Source of the DNA: a virus
Taxonomy: Duplodnaviria > Caudoviricetes
IMG/VR virus record: IMGVR_UViG_3300048839_000591
Coordinates: 1 to 57,019 of that record
Length of the DNA: 57,019 bases
Direction: 5' to 3' (one strand)
Shown: positions 9,329 to 18,369 of the stretch, piece after piece
Numbering within the stretch: position 1 is the stretch's first letter
How the letters are laid out: each line of letters opens with the position of its first letter
The notes under the pieces: generated by a model
The model's database searches: none
Seen by the model: only the letters and a program-made list of their open reading frames with translations
What the model was told of the DNA's origin: nothing
Made by a program: the position numbers and the translations under genes

Positions 9329-9876
9329 GGCGCCCGCCATTCCCAAATCGAATCCGCCACCACCGTCGCGTTCGGCAGCACGTCAGACAGCGCTTCCTTG
9401 ACCTGACCAACGCCCCAATCATGGCCGCACATCAGACCACCGGACGCCACTAACGGCAGCCAGTTCGTCACGTCATCACAGACGCTCTGGTAATCGTGGC
9501 TACCATCAATAAAAACAAGGTCGAACGTGCACTCCCGCTCGCGATACCGCTTGGCTGCGTCCAGGCTGGTCATGTTGAGATGCACGCATTTCCCCTTGAC
9601 CAATTCCGGCATCAGGTGCTGCGTAAACAGCTTCTGTAGGTATTCGGGCCTGAGCGGCTGGTCTTGCTCACCACGCCAATCGTCGATGGCGTAGACAATG
9701 CCCGGCGTGGCCATGGCTAATGCTTTGGTACTGCGACCGGCGAAACTGCCCACTTCTACGATGCTGTGATGGTGCTGGGCTTGCTCTGCGAGGTAGCGCA
9801 GCTCGGTCAACGACATCCAGCCAACGATGCGTGCGGCCTGGTCGACAATGGTGTCGATGCTCAAGGTGGTGGTCAT
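9325..9876 (-). CDS. Class I SAM-dependent methyltransferase (Methyltransf_24-like, candidate O-methyltransferase)
   Basis: VEVGSFAGRS, FIDGSHDY and GG...GHD motifs. Confidence 0.85.
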   Translation of the reverse strand: MTTTLSIDTIVDQAARIVGWMSLTELRYLAEQAQHHHSIVEVGSFAGRSTKALAMATPGIVYAIDDWRGEQDQPLRPEYLQKLFTQHLMPELVKGKCVHLNMTSLDAAKRYRERECTFDLVFIDGSHDYQSVCDDVTNWLPLVASGGLMCGHDWGVGQVKEALSDVLPNATVVADSIWEWRAP

Positions 9877-11966
9877 GCCGTCTCCTCTAGCGTCAACTGC
9901 TGCGTCTGCTTGGCCGCTTCACGCTCCCAGTGAGCAATCCGATGGCGGGCAATGGTGACGTACTCCGCTTCGGCATCTATCCCGATGAAGCGGAAGCCCT
10001 GTCGAGCCGCACTACAGCCGGTCGAGCCACTGCCAGCAAAGCAATCGAGCACCAGCCCACCTGGCGGGGTCACTAAGCGCACCAACCAATCACAGAGAGA
10101 GAGCGATTTAACTGTCGGGTGAGAATTGGTCATGCCGTCGGGTAAGCCAAGGTTCCGTTCGCGCCTGCTCGCCTTCGCCTGATAGATTAGGGGCGCGTCG
10201 ATGTCCGGGTGGAACTGGGGGAAGAAGCGGGCAGCCGACCCCGTATCTGGTTGCCGTTCTACGTGAATGCGCCGCTCCAGTTCATTGCCTCGTAAGCCAA
10301 CGTGACGGCCTTTGCCATCCTGCCCAGTGCCGCCACTCTTGCGCTCCCCCGACTGCTCCCCAAGCACCCGGACAGGGCATGACTCGTGGCATCGCCAGGC
10401 GGTCACATGCTCGCCGGCGGTGTAGGACTCAGCGAGGCCGTCTTGGCCCGCATGGCCGTTCGTGCTCAGTCCACCTTTGCCGCGCTTGGCCGGATAATGG
10501 CCGTTGCCCTTGACCCGCGTGGTGCCGAGCGGGACGCAGTGCTCGGTGTGTTGCAGCAAAAGATTACTTGGCCATCTCCCGGTACTTAGAGTGTGGCTTT
10601 GACGGGTCAATGAGGTGAAGTCGTGCGTGATCGCCCCGCCGCATGAGCTGCAAGTTTTCGAGCCGGTTGTCCTGTTTGTCGCCGTTGATATGGTGGAGGA
10701 CGTGTCCGTCAGGGACGGGTCCATGGGCGTCTTCCCATACTCGTCGGTGCTCAAGTTGGTTTTTCCGAATTGGCTTGCGCTTAGTACCGCCTGGCTCGGT
10801 CCACTGGAGCATCCAATAGCCGTTTTGGAGGTATCGGAAAGGCCGTTCTCGTCCGCGCCGTTCATCGTCAGCTCGGCATTGCTTGGAACAGTAGATGCCT
10901 TTGTTGCTGGTGTTGCGGGTCTCTGATTCTTTGCCACAGCCTCGGCACACGAAGCGCAAAGGGATAGCTCTAGTTCCCATGATTGTTCATTCCTTACTCG
11001 CGTGGCTCCGATATTCACTGCTCCAACTGACCAACGGGCGATGTTGTCCACCATGCGCCCCTGTGGCGGCTTCTGTGCCATACAAACGGGTTCAAGGCTT
11101 GGCTTAAGCGACTGACGCCCGTAGAACCAGCCGTCCCAGGCTTTCGCGGCGTCGGTGGCGGGTGCGGTGATGTCGTAGTGTCCTTCAGTATTCGCGCCGA
11201 ATCCCCATTGAGTTGCGAACTCTGGTTTGTTGCTCGGCGTTCGCCATTTGCTATCTAAGACCTCGCGCTCGGCTTCGTCGTAGAGCCGTTCAAAGTCAGG
11301 CGACAAATCCAGTAATGAGCGGACCTGATCCCAATGCTGGCGCGGTGGCATCCCGCCTCGATGATCGGTGCGTGCCCAGTAGCACGACGACGACTTGATA
11401 CCGAGCACGCGATCAATATCGCTATGGCTGTACATTGAAGACTTGACCGCCTGCGCATACGCACGGGAAAAGGACTGCCAGGCCACCGGGTTACCCCCGG
11501 CCTTGTCCAGTTGCTTAGACAAATTAGTAGCCTTCGGGAACCCACTTCCGTAACACCACCCAATGAGCGGATGCAGGATGAACCCCGCGTCCTCGATGGC
11601 AACCGCCATGCGGTGATACGTCCGGCTGCCTCCGAATGCCAGCAGATAGCCCCCTGGCTTCAAGACGCGATAGACGGCCTGCCAGGTTTCGACGTTGAAC
11701 GCGACGCCGGTTGCGTCCCATTGCTTGCCCATAAAACCTTTGCCGTGGCTGCGTTGGTTGTAGAGTTCGCCGCCGCACTTCGGGCAGGCATTCGGGTTGC
11801 CGTCACGTCCACCGAGCACCCGGCCACAATCGCGGCACTTCTTGACATCGGGTACACGGTTGGTCAGGTCATATGGCGGGTCACAGACCACGGCGTCGAT
11901 GCTGTTCGGCTCCATGCCGCGCATCACGTCCAGCGCGTCGCCGTGGATGACCTGCCAGTCGCTCAC
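9873..11966 (-). CDS. Beta-class N4-C/N6-A DNA methyltransferase with large insertions
   Basis: DPPY precedes HPTVK and DCFAGSGSTG; GRWPSN; GTG start overlaps the GT4 stop. Confidence 0.88.
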   Translation of the reverse strand: MSDWQVIHGDALDVMRGMEPNSIDAVVCDPPYDLTNRVPDVKKCRDCGRVLGGRDGNPNACPKCGGELYNQRSHGKGFMGKQWDATGVAFNVETWQAVYRVLKPGGYLLAFGGSRTYHRMAVAIEDAGFILHPLIGWCYGSGFPKATNLSKQLDKAGGNPVAWQSFSRAYAQAVKSSMYSHSDIDRVLGIKSSSCYWARTDHRGGMPPRQHWDQVRSLLDLSPDFERLYDEAEREVLDSKWRTPSNKPEFATQWGFGANTEGHYDITAPATDAAKAWDGWFYGRQSLKPSLEPVCMAQKPPQGRMVDNIARWSVGAVNIGATRVRNEQSWELELSLCASCAEAVAKNQRPATPATKASTVPSNAELTMNGADENGLSDTSKTAIGCSSGPSQAVLSASQFGKTNLSTDEYGKTPMDPSLTDTSSTISTATNRTTGSKTCSSCGGAITHDFTSLTRQSHTLSTGRWPSNLLLQHTEHCVPLGTTRVKGNGHYPAKRGKGGLSTNGHAGQDGLAESYTAGEHVTAWRCHESCPVRVLGEQSGERKSGGTGQDGKGRHVGLRGNELERRIHVERQPDTGSAARFFPQFHPDIDAPLIYQAKASRRERNLGLPDGMTNSHPTVKSLSLCDWLVRLVTPPGGLVLDCFAGSGSTGCSAARQGFRFIGIDAEAEYVTIARHRIAHWEREAAKQTQQLTLEETA
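10564..10980 (-). CDS. HNH endonuclease nested in an alternate frame of the DNA methyltransferase
   Basis: CRGC..YCSKQC zinc finger, EHRRVW, HHINGDKQDNRLENL and H motifs; upstream AAGGA. Confidence 0.85.
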   Translation of the reverse strand: MGTRAIPLRFVCRGCGKESETRNTSNKGIYCSKQCRADDERRGRERPFRYLQNGYWMLQWTEPGGTKRKPIRKNQLEHRRVWEDAHGPVPDGHVLHHINGDKQDNRLENLQLMRRGDHARLHLIDPSKPHSKYREMAK

Positions 11967-13152
11967 GCCGCACGCTCCGTGGCATCCCCGAATATGCGCT
12001 CTTGAATGCTCGCCAGTACAGGCCGCCAATAGACATCAGTCACCAGGTCGGCATCGTATTCGAGCGCCCCTTGTCGGGCAGCCTGACGCATCAGCGCGGG
12101 ATTCGTGACCGCGTAGGCCGCTTCCAGTTGCTCGTAGATGGCCTCTGGCCTCGGGATGAACTGAAACGTATTCAGCCCGTTCCACCACGGTATCGTGTCG
12201 GTCTTGTCCACCTTCCAACCGCTGAAGCACAACTCGCTCATGGCCGTCCAGTCACCAACCAGCACCGGGCAGCCAGCGGCTTGCGCCTCCAGGATGCCGA
12301 TACCAAACCCTTCACCTTTGGCCACGTTCATGTAGAGGTCCGCCGCGTTATAGACCGCATTCATGTAGACATCACTGAAGCCAATCAGCATCGTGTACTG
12401 GTCGGCAAAGACGACATCGGGACCGATGCGTAAGCCCAGATGCTCGCAGAGGGCCAGCAGGTTCTCGCCGCCGAGTTCACCGCGTGCGCCGGTCGTGGTG
12501 TGCAAATAGAGCAGCGCGTCCGGGTGTTTGGTCTTCAGCATCTTGAAGGCAATGAGCTGTTCCACGAAGGCTTTACGGCTCGGGTTGCCCTTGTTGGCGG
12601 CGACCATGGCGACGATGTAGGCATCTTTCGGCAGGTTCAGTGCTTCACGGGCTGAGGCGCGGTCAGCCGGGTGAAAGACGGTCGTGTCGGTGCCATGGGG
12701 AACGTACATCGTTTCGATGCCCGCCTCGTGACACACCCGTTCACCGAAGCGACTGAACACAATCGGCTGGAATGACTGGTTGACCACCTGAGCAATGCCT
12801 TGAGGTAACGGCTCAGAATCGACCGGGAACCAAGGCACGTGGCGCACGCCATGGCCGTAGAACTGCGGCTGGCAGACCCAGGCGTCCATCAGCGTCAACG
12901 CGATGTGCGCCCCTTGGTGAGCAGCGTGGGCCGTGACCACATCTTGACTGTATGCCTGATGCCCGGACGGATAGACCTTGATGCCGTGCCACTCGATGAC
13001 GGCGCTATTCAGCCCCCAGAACGCGCTAATGGCAATCGGGTAACCGAGCAAATCCTTGATGCGTGGCACGAAGAGCTTGGTCTGATTCGCATAGCCGGTG
13101 TTCAATTAGTCCATGGCGCGTTGGAAAACCAACTAATCGTCATAGACTGCAT
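11963..13152 (-). CDS. GT4 (GT-B) glycosyltransferase; first 16 codons (13152-13105) separated from the body by TGA and a frame change
   Basis: WFSNAPW / TGYANQT N-terminal motif; VPHG.D, RK and GEGFGIGILEAQAAG motifs. Confidence 0.85.
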
Positions 13153-13247
13153 GGCATCACCTCCTTTCACCATAACGCCAACTCCTTGTTTACTTGTGCA
13201 CGGTGCGTTAGAATACAAGCGAACATTCGTGCATAAGGAGGCGGCGA

Positions 13248-14057
13248 GTGCCCAGAGGCGAACATGCCCGCAAGTTGACGGACGAACAGCGTCGTGAATT
13301 GGTATGCCTGTACACGACGCCAGCCGAGGATGGAACCTGGACGGGCGTCTATGCGATTGCCCGCCATTTCGGGATTAGTTCGACGGCTGTCCAATACTGG
13401 TTGAACCGCATGGGTGTACCGCAACGAACGTCGCAAGAGGCGTTTGCTCATGCCAAGCGAACGAAGCCCATCAAGAACGTTCCGCCTGATGGTGAACCGG
13501 CTCCGCTCTGTCGCTGCGGCTGTGGTGAATCGGTTGCTTGGAACCGGCGTAAGAATCACTGGAATGTCTACGCAGTAGGGCACTATCGACAAGACGCGCC
13601 GTACAAACATCGTGAATGGCTGATTGACCAGTACGTTACGCAGAATCGCACCATCGTTGACATGGCCGCTGACTGTGGCGTCGATGTTACCCAGATTACA
13701 CGGTTCATGGATCGCTTCGGTATCGACCGGCGCAACAAATCTGAGGCGCGTATTGGTCGTCAAGCTGGTGCAAAGAATCCGGCCTGGAAAGGTGGCACGA
13801 CGCCTGAGCGTCAACGGCTCTATAAAACGCAAGCGTGGAAAGACGTTATCAAAGCGGTCTACGAACGAGACGGGTATCAATGTCAACGGTGTGGAGAAAC
13901 CAAGGCTAGACCGAAGGGTCGCCATGCGCACCACATTCGACCGTGGGCCGATGATGTGAGCCTGCGGTTCGAGTTGAGCAACTTGGTCACGCTCTGCGAG
14001 CGTTGCCATATTTGGGTGCATAGTCGGGAGAATGTGAATCGAGACTTCTTGGTTTAG
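13248..14057 (+). CDS. HNH endonuclease with HTH/zinc-finger N-terminus, antisense to the late operon
   Basis: CRCGCG, NPAWKGG, ERDGYQCQRCG, HHIRPW, NLVTLCERCH; TAAGGAGG RBS; TTGTTT-N17-TAGAAT candidate promoter. Confidence 0.9.
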   Translation: MPRGEHARKLTDEQRRELVCLYTTPAEDGTWTGVYAIARHFGISSTAVQYWLNRMGVPQRTSQEAFAHAKRTKPIKNVPPDGEPAPLCRCGCGESVAWNRRKNHWNVYAVGHYRQDAPYKHREWLIDQYVTQNRTIVDMAADCGVDVTQITRFMDRFGIDRRNKSEARIGRQAGAKNPAWKGGTTPERQRLYKTQAWKDVIKAVYERDGYQCQRCGETKARPKGRHAHHIRPWADDVSLRFELSNLVTLCERCHIWVHSRENVNRDFLV

Positions 14058-14089
14058 TGTACTCACGCGGCGGTAGCTCCCTTCTGAGC

Positions 14090-14536
14090 CTACGGGCGCG
14101 CTCGCTCCTCGTCGGAGTAATACGAATAGGGGTCCATCGGATAGATAATCGACTCACGTCCCACGCTGTAGCCGCTATCAGCCACACCCAGCGCCAGGCA
14201 ATCGGCCTCGGCTTGCTGAAACGCCTTCTCGGCTTGCGTGTAGAGCTGTGAGCGTTTGAAGCTCTGGCCATCGGTGGTGAAGTCATAATGTGCGGCGGCG
14301 GCTTGCATCACCGCACGCCAAACCTCACGTCGTGCCAATGCTCGGAGCTTGCGCAGGTTGTCGCGTCCGCTGATGTCGCCGATCGCATCGGCACCATAGG
14401 CAGCCACGGCCTCGGCAATCGGCTCGTCATAGTGGCCGCTGGCTTCGTCCCAGCCCAGCACCGTCGCCACGTTGCCCAGCATCCGATGGAGGTAGGGCTT
14501 CAAGGTGGCCTCAGAGTACGTCGCTGGGAGCGCCAT
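14090..14536 (-). CDS. Putative head-tail connector
   Basis: Position after the capsid gene; YDFTTDGQSFKRSQ motif. Confidence 0.6.
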   Translation of the reverse strand: MALPATYSEATLKPYLHRMLGNVATVLGWDEASGHYDEPIAEAVAAYGADAIGDISGRDNLRKLRALARREVWRAVMQAAAAHYDFTTDGQSFKRSQLYTQAEKAFQQAEADCLALGVADSGYSVGRESIIYPMDPYSYYSDEERARP

Positions 14537-14769
14537 TACGCCGCCTTCCGGGGCTTGGCTGCCGGTTGTGGCTTCGTGGCTTCTGCGACCGCTTCAAGCG
14601 CCATGACCATGGCCTCACGCTCGTAGAGATGCCGCATGGCGCGGTCTTTGGCACCAGGCCGGTCGAAGCCCTCAGCCTCAACCCCGAACCGCTCGGCAAG
14701 CGTGCGGAGCGTGGCCTTCATCGCCTCGTGGGCGTTGCGTTCGCGGGCAATCAACAGGTCGCGTCGCAT
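14536..14769 (-). CDS. Small head-associated hypothetical protein
   Basis: GAGGGGAG RBS; TAATG coupling to the next gene. Confidence 0.6.
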   Translation of the reverse strand: MRRDLLIARERNAHEAMKATLRTLAERFGVEAEGFDRPGAKDRAMRHLYEREAMVMALEAVAEATKPQPAAKPRKAA

Positions 14770-14790
14770 CGAACTCCCCTCAACGAGTGG

Positions 14791-14817
14791 AGGCGGTAGG
14801 TTGCCCCACCGCCTGTA
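14791..14817 (-). terminator. Hairpin after the capsid gene
   Basis: AGGCGGT..GG-GCAA-CC..ACCGCCT; no U-tract. Confidence 0.4.
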
Positions 14818-14823
14818 TCGTCA

Positions 14824-15882
14824 CTAGACAGCCAACGGTGCGTTGAACGCCGCCGGCACCGCGTAGGTCGAATCGTGGCCCTTGTACCAGACCACCGCTG
14901 CCGTGCGGTCCTGCACGCCAAATCCGGCATAGCGGATATAGCGCTCTTCATTCAGGTTGCCGTTCGGGCTGTGCGACTCGCGGAACAAGCCCTGGAGCGC
15001 CGCGCTCGGGTACTCCCGCATCGCCAGCGGCGTGCGGCCCACCTGATGCGCCACCAGGTAGTCATCCGGGAGCGCCGACCACTCGACCAGCCAGACACGG
15101 CTCACCTTGCCGATGACCTCATCACCGAAGCCGCGTTCCAGCCGTCCGGTCAGGACATCGGAGCCGGAGCCCTCGGTAATATCGGCATCACCCACCTCGA
15201 CAAACTCATCAAGGGATGTCAGCTCGTCGACGAAGTTTCCATTGGCATAGGCCACAATCGGCCCGCCGCCCGCATTCGACAGGTGCTCAGTCAGTTCACG
15301 GCGAATGGTCGCCATCTTGTCGGCGGTGACCGCCGTACCGGCCAGGTAGTGGTCATCGGTGGCAAACGAGCCACCGACCACGTTGAAAGTGACCGTGTCG
15401 CCATTGGCCAGCGGTTGGACGGTGACGTCACCGGCTGGGTCCGCAAAGGTCCACGACTGGTTGTCCAACAGGCCAGCCAGCGCGTGGCGTCGCAACCAGC
15501 GGGCATCGCGCTCCTGAATGTCGATGACGTGCCGGTTGAGTTCTTCCACGGTCATGAGCGCGCGCGTCACACGGTTGTCGCCGTGCGCGTCGCCACCGCC
15601 CTGAATCGGGAAGCCGACCGTGTAGTAACCCGCCGGTCGGGTTGGCAAGGGATTGCCCCACTCATCGAGCGGCTGCAATTCGCCGGTGCCCGGCAACGTG
15701 AAGCGCCGGGTGCGCTCGGTGGTCCGGTCCACCATCGCGGCCAGCAGCCCGTTGGTAATCCGGTTGTGCTCATCGAGCGACTGAGCCAATGCGGTATTGA
15801 TAACCCGCAGGTCAACCTCAGTCACCCGCTCAGCGAAGAGGTGTTCGAGTCCAACGAATCCGAAGAGGACGTTCTCTGCCAT
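14824..15882 (-). CDS. Major capsid protein
   Basis: 352 aa following scaffold and decoration genes; LQPLDE, RYAGFGV..R motifs. Confidence 0.8.
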   Translation of the reverse strand: MAENVLFGFVGLEHLFAERVTEVDLRVINTALAQSLDEHNRITNGLLAAMVDRTTERTRRFTLPGTGELQPLDEWGNPLPTRPAGYYTVGFPIQGGGDAHGDNRVTRALMTVEELNRHVIDIQERDARWLRRHALAGLLDNQSWTFADPAGDVTVQPLANGDTVTFNVVGGSFATDDHYLAGTAVTADKMATIRRELTEHLSNAGGGPIVAYANGNFVDELTSLDEFVEVGDADITEGSGSDVLTGRLERGFGDEVIGKVSRVWLVEWSALPDDYLVAHQVGRTPLAMREYPSAALQGLFRESHSPNGNLNEERYIRYAGFGVQDRTAAVVWYKGHDSTYAVPAAFNAPLAV

Positions 15883-15894
15883 GATTCAGCCCCC

Positions 15895-16308
15895 TTACAG
15901 ATTCACGTAGAGCAGTCGATCGGGCGCGGTGCCAGCAGCGAAGTTGCTGACCACGTGACCGACTGGTACGCTGACCGACCCGGCAGCCGTTCCCAGCACG
16001 CCGGACGTATTCGAGAGGAACATCGCCTGCCCATAGTTGATGAGCGAGAGCGCGGTTCCCATGTCGATGATGCCTTTGGAAACGGCGGTTATAGCGATAT
16101 TCGCCTGGTTTGCGCCGGTTATCGCAATGCCGCGATTGCCTGCATGGCTGTCTGCCGCGTCGCCCATCGCCTTGACGAGCTTGCCCGTGGTGGCATCGAC
16201 GTGAACCGCCTGGCCTGCGGTGATTGCCTCACCAGCCGGGGCGGTAAACTGTTCGATGACCTGGACGGGAGCGACCTCCGCAGCAGCAACGGTTCCGATG
16301 TCTGCCAT
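15895..16308 (-). CDS. Capsid decoration/cement protein
   Basis: AGEAITAGQAV motif; Ala/Gly-rich; lies between scaffold and capsid genes. Confidence 0.7.
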   Translation of the reverse strand: MADIGTVAAAEVAPVQVIEQFTAPAGEAITAGQAVHVDATTGKLVKAMGDAADSHAGNRGIAITGANQANIAITAVSKGIIDMGTALSLINYGQAMFLSNTSGVLGTAAGSVSVPVGHVVSNFAAGTAPDRLLYVNL

Positions 16309-16320
16309 AGATGCCTCCGG

Positions 16321-16908
16321 TTAGAATCTCGGCTTGAAGTAGGGTTTTTCACGCCGCTGTTCAAGCGAGAGTTGTGAATCGTGGTCTGCCTTTGGCGTGG
16401 CCGGGACACCGTTCGTCTTCTGGCTGAATGAGGCGCGATTGGCCGCGATGTAGCGCAGTTGCTTGACCGGCGAGAGTTCGTCCAGAAGCGCCGTCACATG
16501 CGCCGGGATGCCTTCACGTTCCTTCTGCAAGAACTCGTTGAGCACGCCGGTCAGTTCGTCGCGTTCGGCTTCCAATTGGTCAAGCGTACCGACTTTGGAC
16601 TCTAATTCCAGAATCGTTTGCGCTCGTGTCTCAGCCAGTTCCTTGAACTGTTCGTTCTTGGCTAGTGCCTCTTCCGCACCTTTGCGCGCGGCTTTCTCTT
16701 CCGCGTCTTTGCGCTTCTTCTCTTCGCGTGCCAGCCGCTCCTTGAGGGATTCGGTGATATAGGCATCAAGCTCGTCACGGCTCGCGAAGCTAATCGGCTG
16801 CTCAGCCGGATTCCCGCCGTTTGGTTCCCCGGTGGCGTCTACCGGTGGCTGCTCAGTCGCTGGCGCGTCGGTGGTCTCGGGTGTCTCGGTCACGGGGTCT
16901 GCTCCCAT
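16321..16908 (-). CDS. Capsid scaffolding protein
   Basis: Acidic Pro/Thr N-terminus, coiled coil (ERLAREEKK), synteny; GTG at 16893 is an alternative start. Confidence 0.8.
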   Translation of the reverse strand: MGADPVTETPETTDAPATEQPPVDATGEPNGGNPAEQPISFASRDELDAYITESLKERLAREEKKRKDAEEKAARKGAEEALAKNEQFKELAETRAQTILELESKVGTLDQLEAERDELTGVLNEFLQKEREGIPAHVTALLDELSPVKQLRYIAANRASFSQKTNGVPATPKADHDSQLSLEQRREKPYFKPRF

Positions 16909-16973
16909 CGTTTACCGCCTTGGGATGAATCCCTTTACCGCCTGGCGTCCGGGCGTCAGGAGCGCGCGGGGTT

Positions 16974-17075
16974 AAACACAAAGAACCCGCTCGGTTCAGG
17001 CTGTTCACCTGATTCCGGCGGGCGTGCCGCGCTGTTATTGCGTCTAGTGTACGCTGTGTGCTATGGCAACGTCAA
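16974..17075 (-). promoter_or_regulatory. Promoter plus terminator-leader upstream of the scaffold/capsid operon
   Basis: TTGACG-N18-TACACT, then AGCGCGG-N5-CCGCCGGAA hairpin and TTCTTTGTGTTT. Confidence 0.7.
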
Positions 17076-17284
17076 TCTGGGGGTGTTTTCGACTCGAATT
17101 GCACACATCCGAACGTCTTGTGAGTAATCATTATCGAACCATGCTGTGCGAAGTCGCTCGCATACGCCAATGAGTTCTCATGTTCTGGTGTTTCGCCCTG
17201 TGCTCCAGTAAGCTGACACCAACCCCAATCGCTGTCTGGTGGTGAAGCATCCCACCACGTGCAGTCTTTGCAGTTGCCCATCAT
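17072..17284 (-). CDS. Small Cys-rich protein
   Basis: CKDC..WGWC..FGC; AGGAG RBS. Confidence 0.65.
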   Translation of the reverse strand: MMGNCKDCTWWDASPPDSDWGWCQLTGAQGETPEHENSLAYASDFAQHGSIMITHKTFGCVQFESKTPPD

Positions 17285-17289
17285 CGCTC

Positions 17290-18369
17290 CTAATCCGCTG
17301 CCATCCGCATGAATTGTAGCGCACGTCGTTCGCCCACAATCGCACGTAGGCTGCGCTCGGCATACTGCTCACCCCAGACCTTGTCTCGACGCAGGCCAAC
17401 CAGGTCGTCAAGCCCAATCGTGCCGTCATGGTAGGCCGCCAGCTTACCCGGTCCCAGGATGCGCAGCTTGACCGCGTCATCCTGCCGCTCGAACCAATCG
17501 ACGCCGGATTCGATGCGTGGCCGTCTATCCGGGATTCCGCTAAAGCCGAGGTCGGACCACGAAGCCGTCAGAGGCGAAGCGACACATCGACATTGCCAGT
17601 GACTCCGCATCGGCTCGTCCAGTGGGAAAACTTGACCGTGGAGCGACAGACATACCGGACATGTCCTCGGCGACATGGTCGCTATCCAGGTCCACCCCTT
17701 GACCACGTCCCGGTTCGCCCGGTACGTCGCCAGGTTCGCCTCCCGGTAGGCATTGAGCGGCGCGGTACGTGAGAGCCGGAGCGCCGAATCGAGGGCCATG
17801 CCCGTCGCCTTCCGCATCATACGGGCTATCTCACGTGGCCCTTGCCCGGTGCCGAGGCCCACAATCAGCGTATCCTTGACCGCTTCGCTCGCAGCCGGTC
17901 CAAGCTGCGCCAGATGCACCGAGAGCGGCGTTCCGTCACCGAGGAAGCCCACGAGGCGCATCAGTGGTTCCGTGGCCGCACGAGTAAACGTCGCCAGCAC
18001 AGCGGCACGTGCAACAAGCGGCGCCGGTCCCAAGCCTTCGAGCATCAGTTGCGTGGCGTTGTCCAGCCCTGAACGCACCGCCTGCCCTTGCAGCGCCGTG
18101 GTCTCATTGGCAGCGATGGTGGCATAGCGGCCTATCTCGCGTTCGATCTGGTCAATCAGGATTTGGTAGCGCTCTTCTTGAAACAGCCAGGCAGGCGAGA
18201 CGTCGGTCCCAGCGGCACGGGCGCTAGCGATGCGTCCAGCCAGCGCGGTCATGTCCACGTTCAGGCGCTCAAGCACCAGCTCATAGGCACGAATCAGCCG
18301 AATGGCGGCGTCGCGTTGGCCGTCGAGCAGTTCACGCCGGAAGCGCCGGGCAGCAGCCTGGACGGTCAT
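17290..18369 (-). CDS. Minor head morphogenesis protein (Mu gpF / SPP1 gp7-like)
   Basis: W.A....TCPVC..LHG and HWQCRC motifs. Confidence 0.88.
   Translation of the reverse strand: MTVQAAARRFRRELLDGQRDAAIRLIRAYELVLERLNVDMTALAGRIASARAAGTDVSPAWLFQEERYQILIDQIEREIGRYATIAANETTALQGQAVRSGLDNATQLMLEGLGPAPLVARAAVLATFTRAATEPLMRLVGFLGDGTPLSVHLAQLGPAASEAVKDTLIVGLGTGQGPREIARMMRKATGMALDSALRLSRTAPLNAYREANLATYRANRDVVKGWTWIATMSPRTCPVCLSLHGQVFPLDEPMRSHWQCRCVASPLTASWSDLGFSGIPDRRPRIESGVDWFERQDDAVKLRILGPGKLAAYHDGTIGLDDLVGLRRDKVWGEQYAERSLRAIVGERRALQFMRMAAD

Noticed and set aside
10564-10990. Intein or group I intron in the methyltransferase
   Set aside because: No Cys/Ser...His-Asn splice junctions in the MTase frame and no room for a ribozyme core around the HNH ORF; not formally excluded without RT-PCR.
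13221-13232. Possible SOS box GAAC-N4-GTGC before the HNH gene
   Set aside because: One mismatch from GAAC-N4-GTTC and a single instance; too weak to call.
14875-16377. 500-aa plus-strand ORF
   Set aside because: Antisense to the capsid and decoration genes; no recognisable domain.
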